DNA from: Eledone cirrhosa
Lineage: Eukaryota
Assembly: GCA_964016885.1 (NCBI GenBank)
Contig: OZ024752.1
Location: 3,968,001-4,032,000 of the forward strand
Direction: 5' to 3'
DNA length: 64,000 nucleotides
In this document: positions 29,694 through 42,580 of the stretch, one piece after another
Layout: each line of letters opens with the position of its first letter
Numbering within the stretch: position 1 is the stretch's first letter
The notes under the pieces: model-generated
Seen by the model: the letters and a program-made list of their open reading frames with translations, nothing else
Database searches by the model: none
Told to the model about the DNA's origin: nothing
Made by a program: the position numbers and the translations under genes

Positions 29694-30099
29694 ATATATT
29701 AGTAAAAAGGAAAAGAAAATGCTGACAAATGTTTACCAGTGAAAAATAGTTTAATTAGGAATAAGTATAAATTAGTAATAAGTATTGGTTAGTATTCCGT
29801 TTTAGTTTTAAGTTTTTACCGGTTGCGCATTTCTAATGCTTTTCAAAAATAATTTTGAGATAGAGCGCTCGTGATGTTTGCTTTAATCTGGTTTGCTCTA
29901 ATCAGATTAAAGCAAACATCACGAGCGCTCTATCTCAAAATTATTTTTGAAAAGCATTAGAAATGCGCAACCGGTAAAAACTTAAAACTAAAACGGAATA
30001 CTAACCAATACTTATTACTAATTTATACTTATTCCTAATTAAACTATTTTTCACTGGTAAAAATTTGTCAGCAGTTTATTTTCCTTTTTACTAATATAT
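29694..30099. repeat. near-perfect ~200-bp-arm fold-back palindrome carrying variant hammerhead motifs
   Basis: Arms 29694-29893 and 29900-30099 with about 3 mismatches and a 6-nt loop. Each arm has TTGAAAA-GCAT.tagaa.ATGC-GCAA-CCGG-TA (29944-29979 on +, 29814-29849 on -). Confidence 0.9.
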
Positions 30100-30132
30100 C
30101 ACAACTCGTGTGTCACACCTCTATTTTTTTTT

Positions 30133-30237
<105 letters not shown>

Positions 30238-30324
30238 GGTAAACAGAAATGACATAAATATCAAAGCAAACGACAGAGTACATGAAAGAAATACATGAGT
30301 TTAACGCTTGAAATAACAGGAAGA

Positions 30325-30363
30325 TTGTCTTAACGTTTCGGACACTAGTCCTTCATCAGCAAA
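30325..30363 (-). ncRNA. minimal hammerhead motif of PLE type
   Basis: TTG-CTGATGA-a-GGAC.tagt.GTCC-GAAA-CG-TTA..., the CTGATGAAGG...CCGAAACGT pattern typical of Penelope terminal repeats; helix I is weak. Confidence 0.6.
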
Positions 30364-30447
30364 TATAGTTAGAAATAGAAGATAAATAGAAAGTAAAGTG
30401 ATATAAGAAAGGAACGAGGAAAATGAGAAAAAATATATATATATACA

Positions 30448-31230
30448 CTAGCTGAGTAGCACGTCGTTGCCGGACAATAATCACATTAGTGTGTCTAAAG
30501 GCATACTAATTCGAATATATTTTTATTCCATGTCAGACCATGTCTCCTCTGAATGATAGTCCCTTCAAAGTATAAACCAGCAACCGAAAACGTTTGTCCT
30601 TTTGTCCTTGTGATTTGTCTATGGTCATGGTAAAACTAAGACTCACTGAAAATTGAAGACGTTTGAATAGAACTGGGACATCCATGGGGATAGGAAGAAT
30701 TCTTGGGCACGAACACATATTCTCCTCTACCACATCCTGTGGATATGGTGGCTTGAATCACGTGTGGATACATATTTTCCACAACCAATCGAGTGCCGTT
30801 GCATAGCCTTGGTGGGTCCCAATTCCTCAATAACATGATGGATACTCCTTCTTTAAGGTGAAGGACATGCGGAGGTATTCCTGGTGGCTCTGAAGAGTTG
30901 AGGAGCTCTGTCGTGTAAGCTCTGTCGTGTCGACAGATTGAAAGAGTTTCCAAGCCTTTGGAATTCTTTTTAACAGCTTTTGATTTATCAATTTCACAGT
31001 CACATTTTTCGGAGCCAATATAGCCCTTTCACTGAGTGACTTGCGAACTGATATTCAACATTAGGGAACACTTTTTCTATGAGATGAAATAATGATTCTA
31101 CCGTGGTGCCTATGAGACATATATCAATAGCTCCCTTGCTATCTACAGGTAGTCTACCATTCCCAAGCATTAATAGATTCTGGGCGAATTGCTCTGAATG
31201 TTTGTCTCCAGCAAGATATGCCATCATGTT
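30448..31230 (-). mobile_element. Helitron 3' portion: frameshifted Pif1-type helicase plus 3' hairpin-CTAG terminus
   Basis: FAQNLLMLGNG...EKVFPN...LAPKN...LNSSEPPGIPPHVLHLKEGVSIMLLRNWDPPRLCNGTRLVV...FKRLQFSVSLSFTMTIDKSQGQ. The terminus GTCCGGCAACGACGTGC-TACTCAG-CTAG|T ends at 30448. Confidence 0.92.
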
Positions 31231-31324
31231 CGAAGCGAGCTGGAAAGCTTTTTTCGTATTTGTTTAATTCTATTTTCTTTTGGGATGACTATGAGAGTTT
31301 GTCTAGAATTTCTTTCACCTCCTA

Positions 31325-31670
31325 ATACTACTGCCACGACGACCACCACCACTACTACTATTACCACAACCACCATTACCACTACTACTACCCCTATTAA
31401 TATTACTACTACCACCACTACTACTACAACCACCACCACTGATACTAATATTACAACAACTACTACCACTACTGCGATCACCACTACTACTACTACCACC
31501 ACTAACACTACTACTACAACTACCACCACTAATACTAATATTGCTACAACTACTATCACCACTACGACCACCACTACTACTATTACAACTACTACTACCA
31601 CCACCATTGCCACTACCACCAGCATTACCACAACTACTACCACCATCACCACCGCTACCACCTCCTCGAC
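31325..31670. repeat. degenerate (ACT/ACC)n trinucleotide repeat
   Basis: Direct reading. Confidence 0.9.
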
Positions 31671-31756
31671 CATATTTATTATATATATATATATATACAT
31701 ATATATACATAACGTATATATATAATGTATATATAATATACACACACACACACACA

Positions 31757-31863
<107 letters not shown>

Positions 31864-32990
31864 ATAGTTGGAGTGTTGGAAGGCGCGGGGGCTAAAGACG
31901 TGCGGAGGCAGAAGTTTAGTTAGTGCATTCTTTTGTTTTCGGCTTCATCCGGTAAGGTAGGTGCGCCTTGCATTCAGTCAATAGTGAGGCTAGCGTTTGG
32001 CCGTTAATGAAACAAATATTGTTATATTTGGGGCGAGTCACATCTAAACTATAATAAAGTAAGGAACGCGGGACTGCGTACGCTTTATAATTGTTTATCC
32101 CATTAGTAAAATAAGTTGGATTACTTTGAATAAGTAATGAATGAATAATACATAATTTATCTACTAAATTTCGTGGCTGTTGATTAAATATATTTTGTTT
32201 ATTTAAAGATTCACTTCTTTAAAATTTCTGAAATGCCAACACTTCCGGTTGGCCATCGCTTAAATAAACATACTAATTTTCTGTCACTAATTTTCTCCTA
32301 ATGCAGTTTATATATAATATCGTCTTTTTTAATGTATCATGGATTACGTTACTGATTTCGTTCAATTTCTATGTATTATATATTGTCAATTACGATTTTA
32401 TTTGATGTATCATATCTACATGTATATATACCTGCGTATAATATCAATATACACACTACACATGCTAGCAGAAAACCACCCGAAGCAACAACTCTAGTCC
32501 CACACTTTTGAAGGTTTATTAAACATTTTGTGGCTCTTTTGAGCTTGCGCATTTTTCAGGTCTAGTTTAATATTTTTTTAAGGCAACGCTTGTAATAACT
32601 CTAGTTAAACATGATATATATTAATAATAAATTATCGTTGTAATGTAATTAGATTATATAATCGTTATTTTATAAATGATCTTATAAATATTATTGTAAG
32701 ATATATAAAAATATTTTCAGACTTTTAATATAAACAACTACAAAAAACAATCAATATTAAATAAATATATTTTACATAATAATTGTTATAGTTGAATTAA
32801 TAAGAATTAAATATTTCATACAAATAGTCTAACATAATAATTTAAAAAATAATGTAACATAAAACGAACAATACTATGGACAAATATAGAAGTAAATATG
32901 ATACAACCAATATTATAAGCATGTTATAACGAACTGAAAAAATAATAGTTAATATAAATTTTAAAAAATCATATATAAATTAACAATATA

Positions 32991-33161
32991 ACTTACCAAA
33001 ACGAGAAGAATATTTTGATGAAAAAACGACGAAATACAGGAGGAAGATTCGAATGCGAAACTATAAATAAACGTGCAAACAAAATGGCGGATGCTTTTGA
33101 ACAACAAATACTCTCGTTGGTTGATTAGCCAATAAGACGATGAAATTAGCCAATAAGACGA
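32991..33161 (-). promoter_or_regulatory. promoter-like module: two CCAAT boxes, YY1 motif, short first exon ending at a GTAAGT donor (possibly a DNA-transposon 5' end)
   Basis: ATTAGCCAATAAGACGA occurs twice (33124, 33145); CAAAATGGCGG at 33080-33090; minus-strand G|GTAAGT at 32997-32991. Confidence 0.35.
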
Positions 33162-34770
33162 ACAAAACATGTTTGGCAGTGATCATCACCACGGCCAGCG
33201 AAACCCCTTGAATTTTTTATTCACAAGCTACGCATATATGTCAGACACGCAGACTTAAAACCTTCTATTGTTAGTCACTGCATGTCTAACAGATTAAGCA
33301 CTTCTAAAGACACTATATATAGCATCACTCAAAAGTCATTGTGCTATCACACAGAATACACAGCAATCCTGGTGTTAGTTATAATTTTAATATCATTTTT
33401 TTATTATTTTATGTTATAGTTTTATATAATTTAATATCCAATTTTAATTTTATTTTTTAATGAATTTTGTTATATTCTCGACTTGGATTGTAATACGAGA
33501 TTGTAGGGAAACGTTCGTAGACTGAATAGTTCGTAGACTGAATAGTTCGTAGACTGGCCAAGATATTTCTATGGAATTACCAAACGAGTTTTATTTTTAA
33601 ATGTAATCCTGGAAAGAAATAATGCAATTATTAATAAGAAGAGTTGAAATTAATCCATGCTAGATTTCACAGTTCATGCATCATTCCTTCATAGTCAGCC
33701 TAAACAACATATTAGCTGACTCTCATGTGTATATATATGTGTGTGTGTGTGTGTTTCGTGCAGTGTTTACTCTGTCCTAGTGTTGGATGGTCCATGATTG
33801 TGAATACCAGTGCATTTTCGGTTCAGTTTAATTGAATGTCAATTCTGAATTCAATAGTTAAAACCAAATTTTATTTTCTTAACTATTTTATCGGGTGATT
33901 ATTTTTTGTTTAATTTTAGTTTAAATATCTCGGGTGGGAGCTACACCTGGAGCCGTGATCCAGGTATTAATTTGAATTATTAATTTAAGTTCTATTTTTT
34001 TATCCAATTTAATTTCCAATTCTCCTTTAATTGTTAAATCTAATTTTAAATTCTTCTATTGAATGGAGATATATAATGTGTTCTCTAGCTTTTTCTGGAT
34101 TGTAACGTTGTAGGAGATCTATGGATGTGAATATCATCGCATTTTGTTTTCATTTGTTTAAGTGGTAATTCTGAATTTTAATAGTTAATTCCAGATCCTG
34201 TTTCCGTCATTAATGTATAGCATGATCAGCTTTATATTAATTTTAAGGTATTCTGTGTTTTCAAAACTATATTATAATATCAATCAGGATAATGTCATAG
34301 ACTTTGTAATCACTGCGTCCGTCTCTCTCACTCTCCCCATCACTCACTATTATGAACAATTTGGAGGACAACGCTCTGGTGGTCACGCGGCCCCGGCGAG
34401 CAGAATAGAGAGAGCGTTGCCCCGGAGGGGAGAGACGCATTGGAAGAGCCATGCCAGATCGATGTTTGGGATTGGGCTTTTTTCTGGTAGATTATTTCGA
34501 CTCCAGTATTTGACAAGCCTGGTACTTATTTTATTGACCACCGTTTGTCTATCCGCCTTTATACAAGATATAAACAAAGACAAGGGCAGTCATATATATA
34601 TTTATATATATAGGTGCATATATATACAAACACTCACACATATATATATATTAGAAAGTGAGGTTTTTTTACAAAATGAAAAAAACCGAGGTGTCCTACA
34701 CTAAGGAAAAAAGATGAAATCGAAAATGCAACTGGAGTTTCTTTTTTTTTAATATTTATTTATTTGGTTC

Positions 34771-34806
34771 CTTGACAGGTTTCGCAGTTCTTCTGCTTTT
34801 CAAAAG
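34771..34806 (-). ncRNA. variant hammerhead ribozyme (UUGAAAA core), best-preserved copy
   Basis: CTT-TTGAAAA-GCAG.aagaa.CTGC-GAAA-C.ct.G-TC-AAG, followed by AATAAA and ending ~120 nt later in (TA)n. Confidence 0.7.
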
Positions 34807-35021
34807 TAGAATTGAGATGGAGGGCTTGTGGTTTTTTTGTATGTGTGTATGTGTGTGTGTGTATATATATATATATGTGTGTGTGTGTATATATATATAT
34901 ATGTGTGTGTGTGTATATATGTATATATATGTATATGTATATATGTATGTGTTTATATGTATATATATGTGTACGTGTATATATGTATATATATATATGT
35001 ATATATATATATGTATGTATG

Positions 35022-35078
<57 letters not shown>

Positions 35079-35119
35079 CTACGGGTTAGGAGGCGAGGCT
35101 GTGTGGTTACTAAAAACGA

Positions 35120-35410
35120 AGTGTTAGAAGGTAATCGGGACACAAACAAGAGAAGAAAAGTTTCCCTTCGTCAGCTGTTTACCACGGATCTTGGATGTTT
35201 CGGCGCTTAAAACAGAACATCAATCCGTAGCATGCCCATGGCATTTTATCTATCAAAAGGCCATGAGGGAAAGAAGTGATAGTAAAGAGAGAGGAAGAAA
35301 GAAAAAGGAAAGAAGAAAAAAGAAAAAAGTAAAAAACGAAGTAAAAACTGATGGAAGGGGGAGCACAGGACAATGGCACATGTATTTAAGTAACCGAAGA
35401 GAAAATAGAT
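35120..35410 (-). mobile_element. dispersed ~290-bp repeat (PLE terminal-repeat-like), inverted partner of 39409-39686
   Basis: Its reverse complement aligns with 39409-39686 (e.g. TGTGCCATTGTCCTGTG, CGCCGAAACAT, GCTGACGAAGGGAAAC, GTCCCGATTACCTTCTAACACT). Confidence 0.75.
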
Positions 35411-35756
35411 GTATGTGTAATGATTTATATGATTTATTGATTATTCAACAAAGTTAATTTTACAACAGATTAGAAGCACTCTACAGTTTTTTAACTCGAG
35501 TATCATTAATATTAACAATATTAATTACAAAACCATATTTATTTTATTATACGTATTTCAAGAGTACTAACATTTTAGTACGCTTTCGTCAGATAAAATA
35601 TAATATTTGGTGTTGAGATAGTGACATATCTTCATGTGATCTTAATGGTTTAAGCTCACTAAAGGTAGTGATTCAAATATTCAAATCTCTATATGTTAAT
35701 GAGGATACGTTAAAACAGAAAAGAGCCGTTAAATTTAGACGTTTGATGGTGAGTTA

Positions 35757-36040
35757 GTGTGTCTACCCACATATAAATATGGTAGGATGTCAATAGACAG
35801 CATGCCGAACTATATCAAGGCTATGCAGCCCCATATCATCAACACGAGCGAAACAAAGCAACAAACACATGGGGAGGGAGAAAAGATCCTCAACGCTCAC
35901 ATGATGATGTGGACCGAAATCCTAAAGCCAACTAGACGCACAGCCAACAACTTCCAAGCGTCTAACAACGACATGCCACCCTATGGGCTCCGCAAAGACC
36001 ATAAATCAACCAACAACCCGACGACAGGACCACCAAAAGG
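35757..36040 (+). mobile_element. Penelope-like reverse transcriptase N-terminal fragment
   Basis: SIDSMPNYIKAMQPHI...MPPYGLRKDHK resembles the PLE motifs VVMD...Y..KM..L and PxLYGLPKIHK. Confidence 0.6.
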
Positions 36041-38725
36041 AACATCAAACGTCCTCTCCTCTTTGTTTTATGTTCCCTTCTCAGTAACCCCTTGCGTTTT
36101 AGTGGCTTTATTGTCTTCTTTGGAGGGAGTAAAATAAAAAGAAATGTCTGCATGATAAGAAGTAAAAATCGAATTATATGAACCTTGTAAACATAGACTT
36201 TATCTCTAACAAAACATCTTACAATCGGTTATAAGCTATTCTGCGTCTCTGAAGAAATCCATTGATAAATTGAAGAAAACATAACTTGTAAAATTCTGAC
36301 ATTCGAATGACAAAACCAATAAACGAAATCTTAATTTTATTTTCAGACCAGACAACAAAAGAAATAGAATTATCATTAAAACAAATAAACGATAAAATTG
36401 GAATTTTTTTCTCAATCAATTTCTTCATCTGTTACGAATTTGCAATTATTAGTCCTTAAATTTTTTACAAAGATAACATGATGGATGACAAGCAATAAAA
36501 ATAATATTGAGTTGGTTGAAAAACAGTTTAAGCTCCGGAATAATGAAATGTTGGTACAAATAGTAGTAATATTTTTTAGGATATTTAAAAATAAATAAAT
36601 TCTGCTGGTTTTGAAAAGTTTCTGTTATATCGAAATTCTTCAAACTTATCAGATTTTGCCAAGCTGATACCATTGACTTTGAGAAAAAGTGAACGTTTCT
36701 TTCATAGGTCGGTCTGACTAAAGTAGAGTACTTGAGGAATTGGCCGGCTATCCATACCGATGATATCAACGTAACATTCCCCTTTAACAGCGACAAGTTG
36801 ATGAGAACGCCTGAATAGCGTTGACATGAGATCATGTACATCCAAGTAAATGAAAACACTGTAGAAGGGCTTGAAGAGGCAGTGAGGTGACTGCATATCT
36901 CTGAACAAGAGTTTGGTGTATATAGGCAAACAACTTCGTGATAATCAGACGAACACTTTTGTTAAATTGGTATCAGTCAACAGATTAGATAATCCTAGCT
37001 TTCAATCTAAGTATGTATTAATCGTTTTCAAGACGAACATTACAGAACCACTAGTACTGCTACATTTGCTAGATCATACCCACTTGTTCTTTTCCCATAG
37101 GATAGGTTTTCTTTATAGCTGAAATTCGTCATTCCGATTTAAAGTAGATGTACAACATAAATACATGTAATATGTCGGATACCTTTCTATGATTGAACAG
37201 TTGTTCTTGTTTTTGTTTAACCTGACATTCAGTTCTGATCCGGGAGTTTTGTGGTTGATGAAATATGCTATTAATATTTGAGTTCAAATCCCGCCGAGGT
37301 TAACTTTGCCTTTCATCCTTACGGGGTCGATAAAATAAAGTACCAGTAATGCACTGGGATAATTGCTGGCCTTGTGCCAAAAGTAGAAACAATATTACAT
37401 CACTTAGTTTTCAGTCTCATCGTATCTAGTGGTTTGAAGTGGGTTTGTTTTGAACTGCCATTTCTCTCCTTATTACTTCATTTAAGGATGTGTTTCCCGA
37501 ACGAAGAGGGGTTCGTGGTGTCGCGTTATTTTACTCTGTATTCAAGGGTCAAATTATTCTGTTGGTGTAACATTCGTTGCACATTACTGTTGGAAAGTTG
37601 GAGGGTGTGCTGTTCGTACCTTTACGAAAGCAAATCACAGGTTAAATGAAATTTTAGGAACCTACAATATGTAGTATTTTTGTTGTGGGTTCACCTCCTC
37701 CAAGCCTGGATTATGACGGCAGGTATTCAAATATGCTATGTTTCCTTTTCTTTTCTTTCAGATAGACTAAATCTAGAACCCCATAAGTTAACGTGATTTA
37801 CCCTTTTTAGAATAATACTGCATAATTTGAGGAAACTTTGGCTGTAATTTTAGCCGATTGAGTGACAGCGTAGAAGCTATCTGACTGATTTAGTATGAAC
37901 CAGTGAGTACTTTACATATATGGAAGACACTTCTTTTAGTAATAGAATTAGCAGAGTAAGAGAAACAACTTTGACCAGTAACTTCACATAAGCTGCACAC
38001 ACAGATCCGTATTTAACATAGACTTAGAGCAGTGCTATAAATCGTTATTTTAGTAGCTGTTGCTATGTTGCTGTGTTGCAGTGAAAACCTTCTCAGAGAA
38101 TCAATTCTGTTATCTACATCAGTTAATGCTCATCAGAATAAATTGTAAAAAAATAGAAAAATAAAACACTAATAAAAGAAAAGGTTCAATATCGAAATAA
38201 ACACAACAGCCAGGTTTATCTATTTAGCAATATTATTGTACTAAATTGTAGTTTTATGCACTTTTAATGTATCATTTCCTTTATAATAGCAGTAGAAGTG
38301 ATTTTTGAAAGTATATCTTCTGAACATTACCAGCAAGTTGACCTGCAGTAATGATATTATTGATATATAGTTCTACTAATGTCTATGTCATTACTAGCTC
38401 TACTATTGACCACGTAAGCCAATTAGTACCATTGCTAAATTATATATTCTCCAGCACTAGAAGTGTATGTAGGATGTCTTATTGTGAAGATAAAGCATTC
38501 ACCAATAACCAATTTTACAGATAAAGTATCATTTTTCATACAGATGTATGAGATAATGTGTTTCAGCACAGAAATGGTATGGAGGGGGGGAGGGGGGGGG
38601 GGGGTAACAAGTTGATATGTATTTCTTATTCTATATCAGTTGTGTATGAATCTTATTACATTGGGCTTTAAACATTCTTGTTAAGCCTATACCAAATACT
38701 AGCAACACTGTTATTATTATTAACG

Positions 38726-38790
<65 letters not shown>

Positions 38791-38993
38791 CAAACAAATG
38801 ATAATTTGTTGTTTGTTTATTATGTTTCATATATATTTTTTACTATTTTGTTTTGATTTTATTAGCAATATCCGTGTCAAAATAATATTGAGCTAATTGC
38901 ATTACAGAACACTCATATATATCAGTTAGACTTCACAGGTTCCCATCACGTACATAAATGTTGTTACAGACTGCGTTCTTTTTTACAAACACA

Positions 38994-39096
38994 CACGTGG
39001 TTTTCCAAAAAAATGTATACACACTTCAACAGCATTGTAATAAATATTGCCTGTACAGGTAATCTAAGCGTGTATATGTTTTTTGGGGGGACACCC

Positions 39097-39098
<2 letters not shown>
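38994..39098. mobile_element. Tc1/mariner-type MITE remnant
   Basis: Imperfect ~30-bp TIRs: CACGTGGTTTTCCAAAAAAATGTATACACACTT and AAGCGTGTATATGTTTTTTGGGGGGACACCCTG. Confidence 0.55.
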
Positions 39099-39133
<35 letters not shown>

Positions 39134-39154
39134 AATAATAATATATATATATAT

Positions 39155-39349
39155 ATAGGAACGAGTAGTACCCCGACGGCTGAGCTCAACCCGTTTCGAC
39201 GGCTAATTCTGGAGTCCTGAATTAGCCGTCGAAACGGCTTGAGTTCAGCCGTCGGGGTCCTACTCGTTCCTATTACCCACTCTACTACCCTAAGTATTGA
39301 GTACTTTGGTGCGTTATGGTCCATCTGGTTCCTTACCACATTTCCTTCG

Positions 39350-39350
<1 letters not shown>
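39155..39350 (+). mobile_element. TA-embedded repeat with 59-bp-arm fold-back and 3' half of a hammerhead
   Basis: Palindrome 39155-39273 centred at 39214. Contains GAAA-CGGCT.tgagttc.AGCCG-TC-GGGGTC. Same family as 22438-22596. Confidence 0.8.
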
Positions 39351-39387
<37 letters not shown>

Positions 39388-39408
39388 CCATCGGTTTGGT
39401 ATAACTTG

Positions 39409-39686
39409 ATCTATTTCTCTTCGGTTACTTACATACATGTGCCATTGTCCTGTGTTCCCCCTTCTATCAGTATGTTTACTTCGTTTTTTTCTTTTTTTTT
39501 ACTTTTTTTCTTCTTCCCATTTTCTTTCTTCCTCACTCTTCACTTTCACTTCTTTCCCTCATGGCCTTTGATCCGCTTCGGATCGATGTTCTGTTTCAAG
39601 CGCCGAAACATTCAAGATCTTTATTACACAGCTGACGAAGGGAAACATTTCTTCTCTGGTTTGTGTCCCGATTACCTTCTAACACT
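39409..39686 (+). mobile_element. dispersed ~280-bp repeat, inverted partner of 35120-35410
   Basis: See 35120-35410; ends in (TA)n. Confidence 0.75.
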
Positions 39687-40892
39687 ATATATATATAATT
39701 GGTGTCGGATGCTTGAGTCCGTTTGAGTACTCGGTGTTCTTACAGAGCAGAGTATAATATTACATAAGAAACGGAGAATAAATTTTAATTCGTAGCACCA
39801 CTGATTCTCCGTTTCTTATGTGATACATATATATATATAAATAAATATTAGTGTATGTGTAAGTATAGTATGTCCATAATGGGTGTACTGTACATATGTA
39901 TATACAGATAGGTAGATCAGAATTTTAAAAAAAAACTGATGTCATTTCATGATGTTTTATTAGCTCCACCCTTGTAGAGAAAGGAAAATAAATGTTGCCA
40001 CTTATTAGACGTTCGTCCTTCATCAGGAATGAGTAAAGCTAGGTGAAAAGGGGAGCTGGAAGTTTGAAATGAAAAACAATGTTGTTAATGAGCCTGTGTG
40101 GCAGAGGCAGACATTTGCAAGTAGATTCCTAGCATATGAATGTGGCTTTCCAGCGACCCTTTGCTCAAATGTTTGGGGTGAACAGCGGCCCGGAATTGGT
40201 AGTGGGCTTTGGTGCACACAAGGAGTGCGGGCCACGCATTTCGGTGTTGAAAGCTGAATGATGCCACAATCTGATAACAACAGCTTAGATAGTTACTATT
40301 ATGTCGTTTCATGAGGGTCAAAGCTTTACGCATACAAGACAGATTGTTCGCGGACATCCTCGGCAATAGGCTGCAGATCGGAAAAATTCCCAGTTCTTTG
40401 CTCCAGGAAGCAGTAGATAATGCATATAGAGGAAGAGGAGAAGTATTGATAATACCTCAGCTATATCCCTGCTGAATGCAGAGTTTAAGATTTAGGTCAA
40501 TGTGCTAGCAAAGGTCATTCACTACCAATTTCACCTAAGGCAGTACATTGCAAAGAAAGTATTAAACCACCTTAAACAGGCTGTCACTTTTGGAGAATCA
40601 ATTTGCAGACGATGGTTGGAACAGAAGTTAATCATATTCTTGGAGGGTCTTGATCTCAGTACGTGGTTAGCTCCTCACTCATATGTAGATAGAATGACAT
40701 TTTAAAATATTTATGTGTGTGTTATGTACTAAAAATATATGCTTATGTATACAAAGTGTGTAAGGCGTTTTCACTATGCCACATTAGTCGTATGTGTGTG
40801 TGTGTGTGTGTGTGTGTGGTTATGTGGGTAACCCTAAACGTTTTTATGACACGTTTTGAAATATATTGATTTGTCCTTGTGGACAAGAAATA

Positions 40893-41356
40893 ATTGTTTC
40901 TACTTTAGGCACAACGCCAGAAATTTTGGGGGACGGGAAAAATTGATCAAATCGACCCCAGCGCATTACATAATAACAAATGTTATCGTTCCCTTTATGA
41001 TCTGAGTTCAAATCCCGCCGAGGTTAACTCTGCCTTTCATCCTTACAGGATCGATAAAATATAGTACCAGTCACGCACTGGGATCGATTTAATTGATGTA
41101 CCCCTCCCCAAAATTGCTATCCTTGTGCCTATATAAGAAACCATTATTTTTATTATTATAATTAGGGCGGTTGTTTGGCAGTATTGGTAGAGCGTCAGAC
41201 ACCATGCTTTGCTGCATAGAGTTATGGCCATTTACGTTCTGAGTTTAAATCCCGCCGAGTTTAACTTTGCCTTTCATCCTTACGGGGTCGTAAAATAAAG
41301 TACCAGTAATGTACTGAGGTAATTGCTGGCCTTGTCCGAAAAGAAGAAACAATTAT
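40893..41356. mobile_element. cluster of three family A SINE copies (one minus, two plus)
   Basis: 40893-40968 (-), ~40995-41145 (+) and 41166-41356 (+) match the family consensus. Confidence 0.75.
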
Positions 41357-42180
41357 TACTATTCGAATCATTCCAAAGAGCTAAGGAATTATCTTATTTC
41401 CATCATATTGGTCGCATGGTCTGGCAATTGACTCTCCACTGTTCAAACTGAGATTGGACTTAACGGCGATGGTGGTTTATTGAAGTTGTGGCGGCGGTGG
41501 TGGTGAATGGTTGGTGATAAAATAATTATCTCTGAATGAAGAATTCAGAGACTTTAGTGCAGTGGAATATAATAAAGTGGAGGTGCAGGATGATGAGAGA
41601 AAAAACAAAATCAATAAATGAATTCTTTTGATGTTTAATGGTTTAAAAAACAGAAACAAGGGAGGACCCCCCCCCCCCTCCCCCTACAAAGTACAGACCT
41701 TACTGCTGGGATATGGGTCACACTCTATAGAAGGGCTATGAACTTGTATCTCTTTGTTGGTAATTTATTTTCCATCTTCTTATCATCATCATCATCATTA
41801 TAACCAGATTCATTTCTAGCCTTAATTATATCTCCATCTTGAGTAACAACAGTTCTTTCATTAATGATATGGACATTATCACCATCTTCTGTTTCACCAT
41901 AACTATCAGCATCTTCATCATTGTCATCATCTTCATTATCATATTCATATATACCATCGTCATTATCATCATCATCAAATCCATCATCAGTATTGTCTTC
42001 ATCATCATCATCATCATCATCATATTCACCATCATCTACATCGCCATCGTCATCATCATTGTCATTGCCATCGTCATCACCATCATCTTCGTCATCATCA
42101 TCACCATCATTATCATCATTGCATTTCCTTGGGCATCATCATCGACATCGACATCATCATCATTATTTTGATCATCAACG

Positions 42181-42368
42181 GGCGGTGGATTGTCAGTATC
42201 GGTAGAGGGTCGGACGCCATGCTTTGACCCATAGAGTTACGGCCCTTTATGATCTGAGTTCAAATCCCGCCGAGGTTCACTTTGCCTTTCATCCTTACTG
42301 GGTCGATAAAATAAATACCAGTAATGTACTGGTTAATTGGTGGGTTTGTGCCAAAAGTGGAAACAATC
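42181..42368 (+). mobile_element. tRNA-derived SINE, family A
   Basis: Full-length match to the family consensus. Confidence 0.85.
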
Positions 42369-42501
42369 AGCAGCAGCAACAGCAGTCTCTGTACCAGGCC
42401 ATTGTTAACGTGAAAATCATCATCATCATAACCATTAGGATAACCATCATCTTCATCACCATTATCTTCATTGCCATCATGATCAATGCTGTGACCCTCA
42501 A

Positions 42502-42580
<79 letters not shown>

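Noticed and set aside
36690-36960. Coding-like, GC-richer stretch
   Set aside because: All frames are interrupted by stops and no family motif was recognised.
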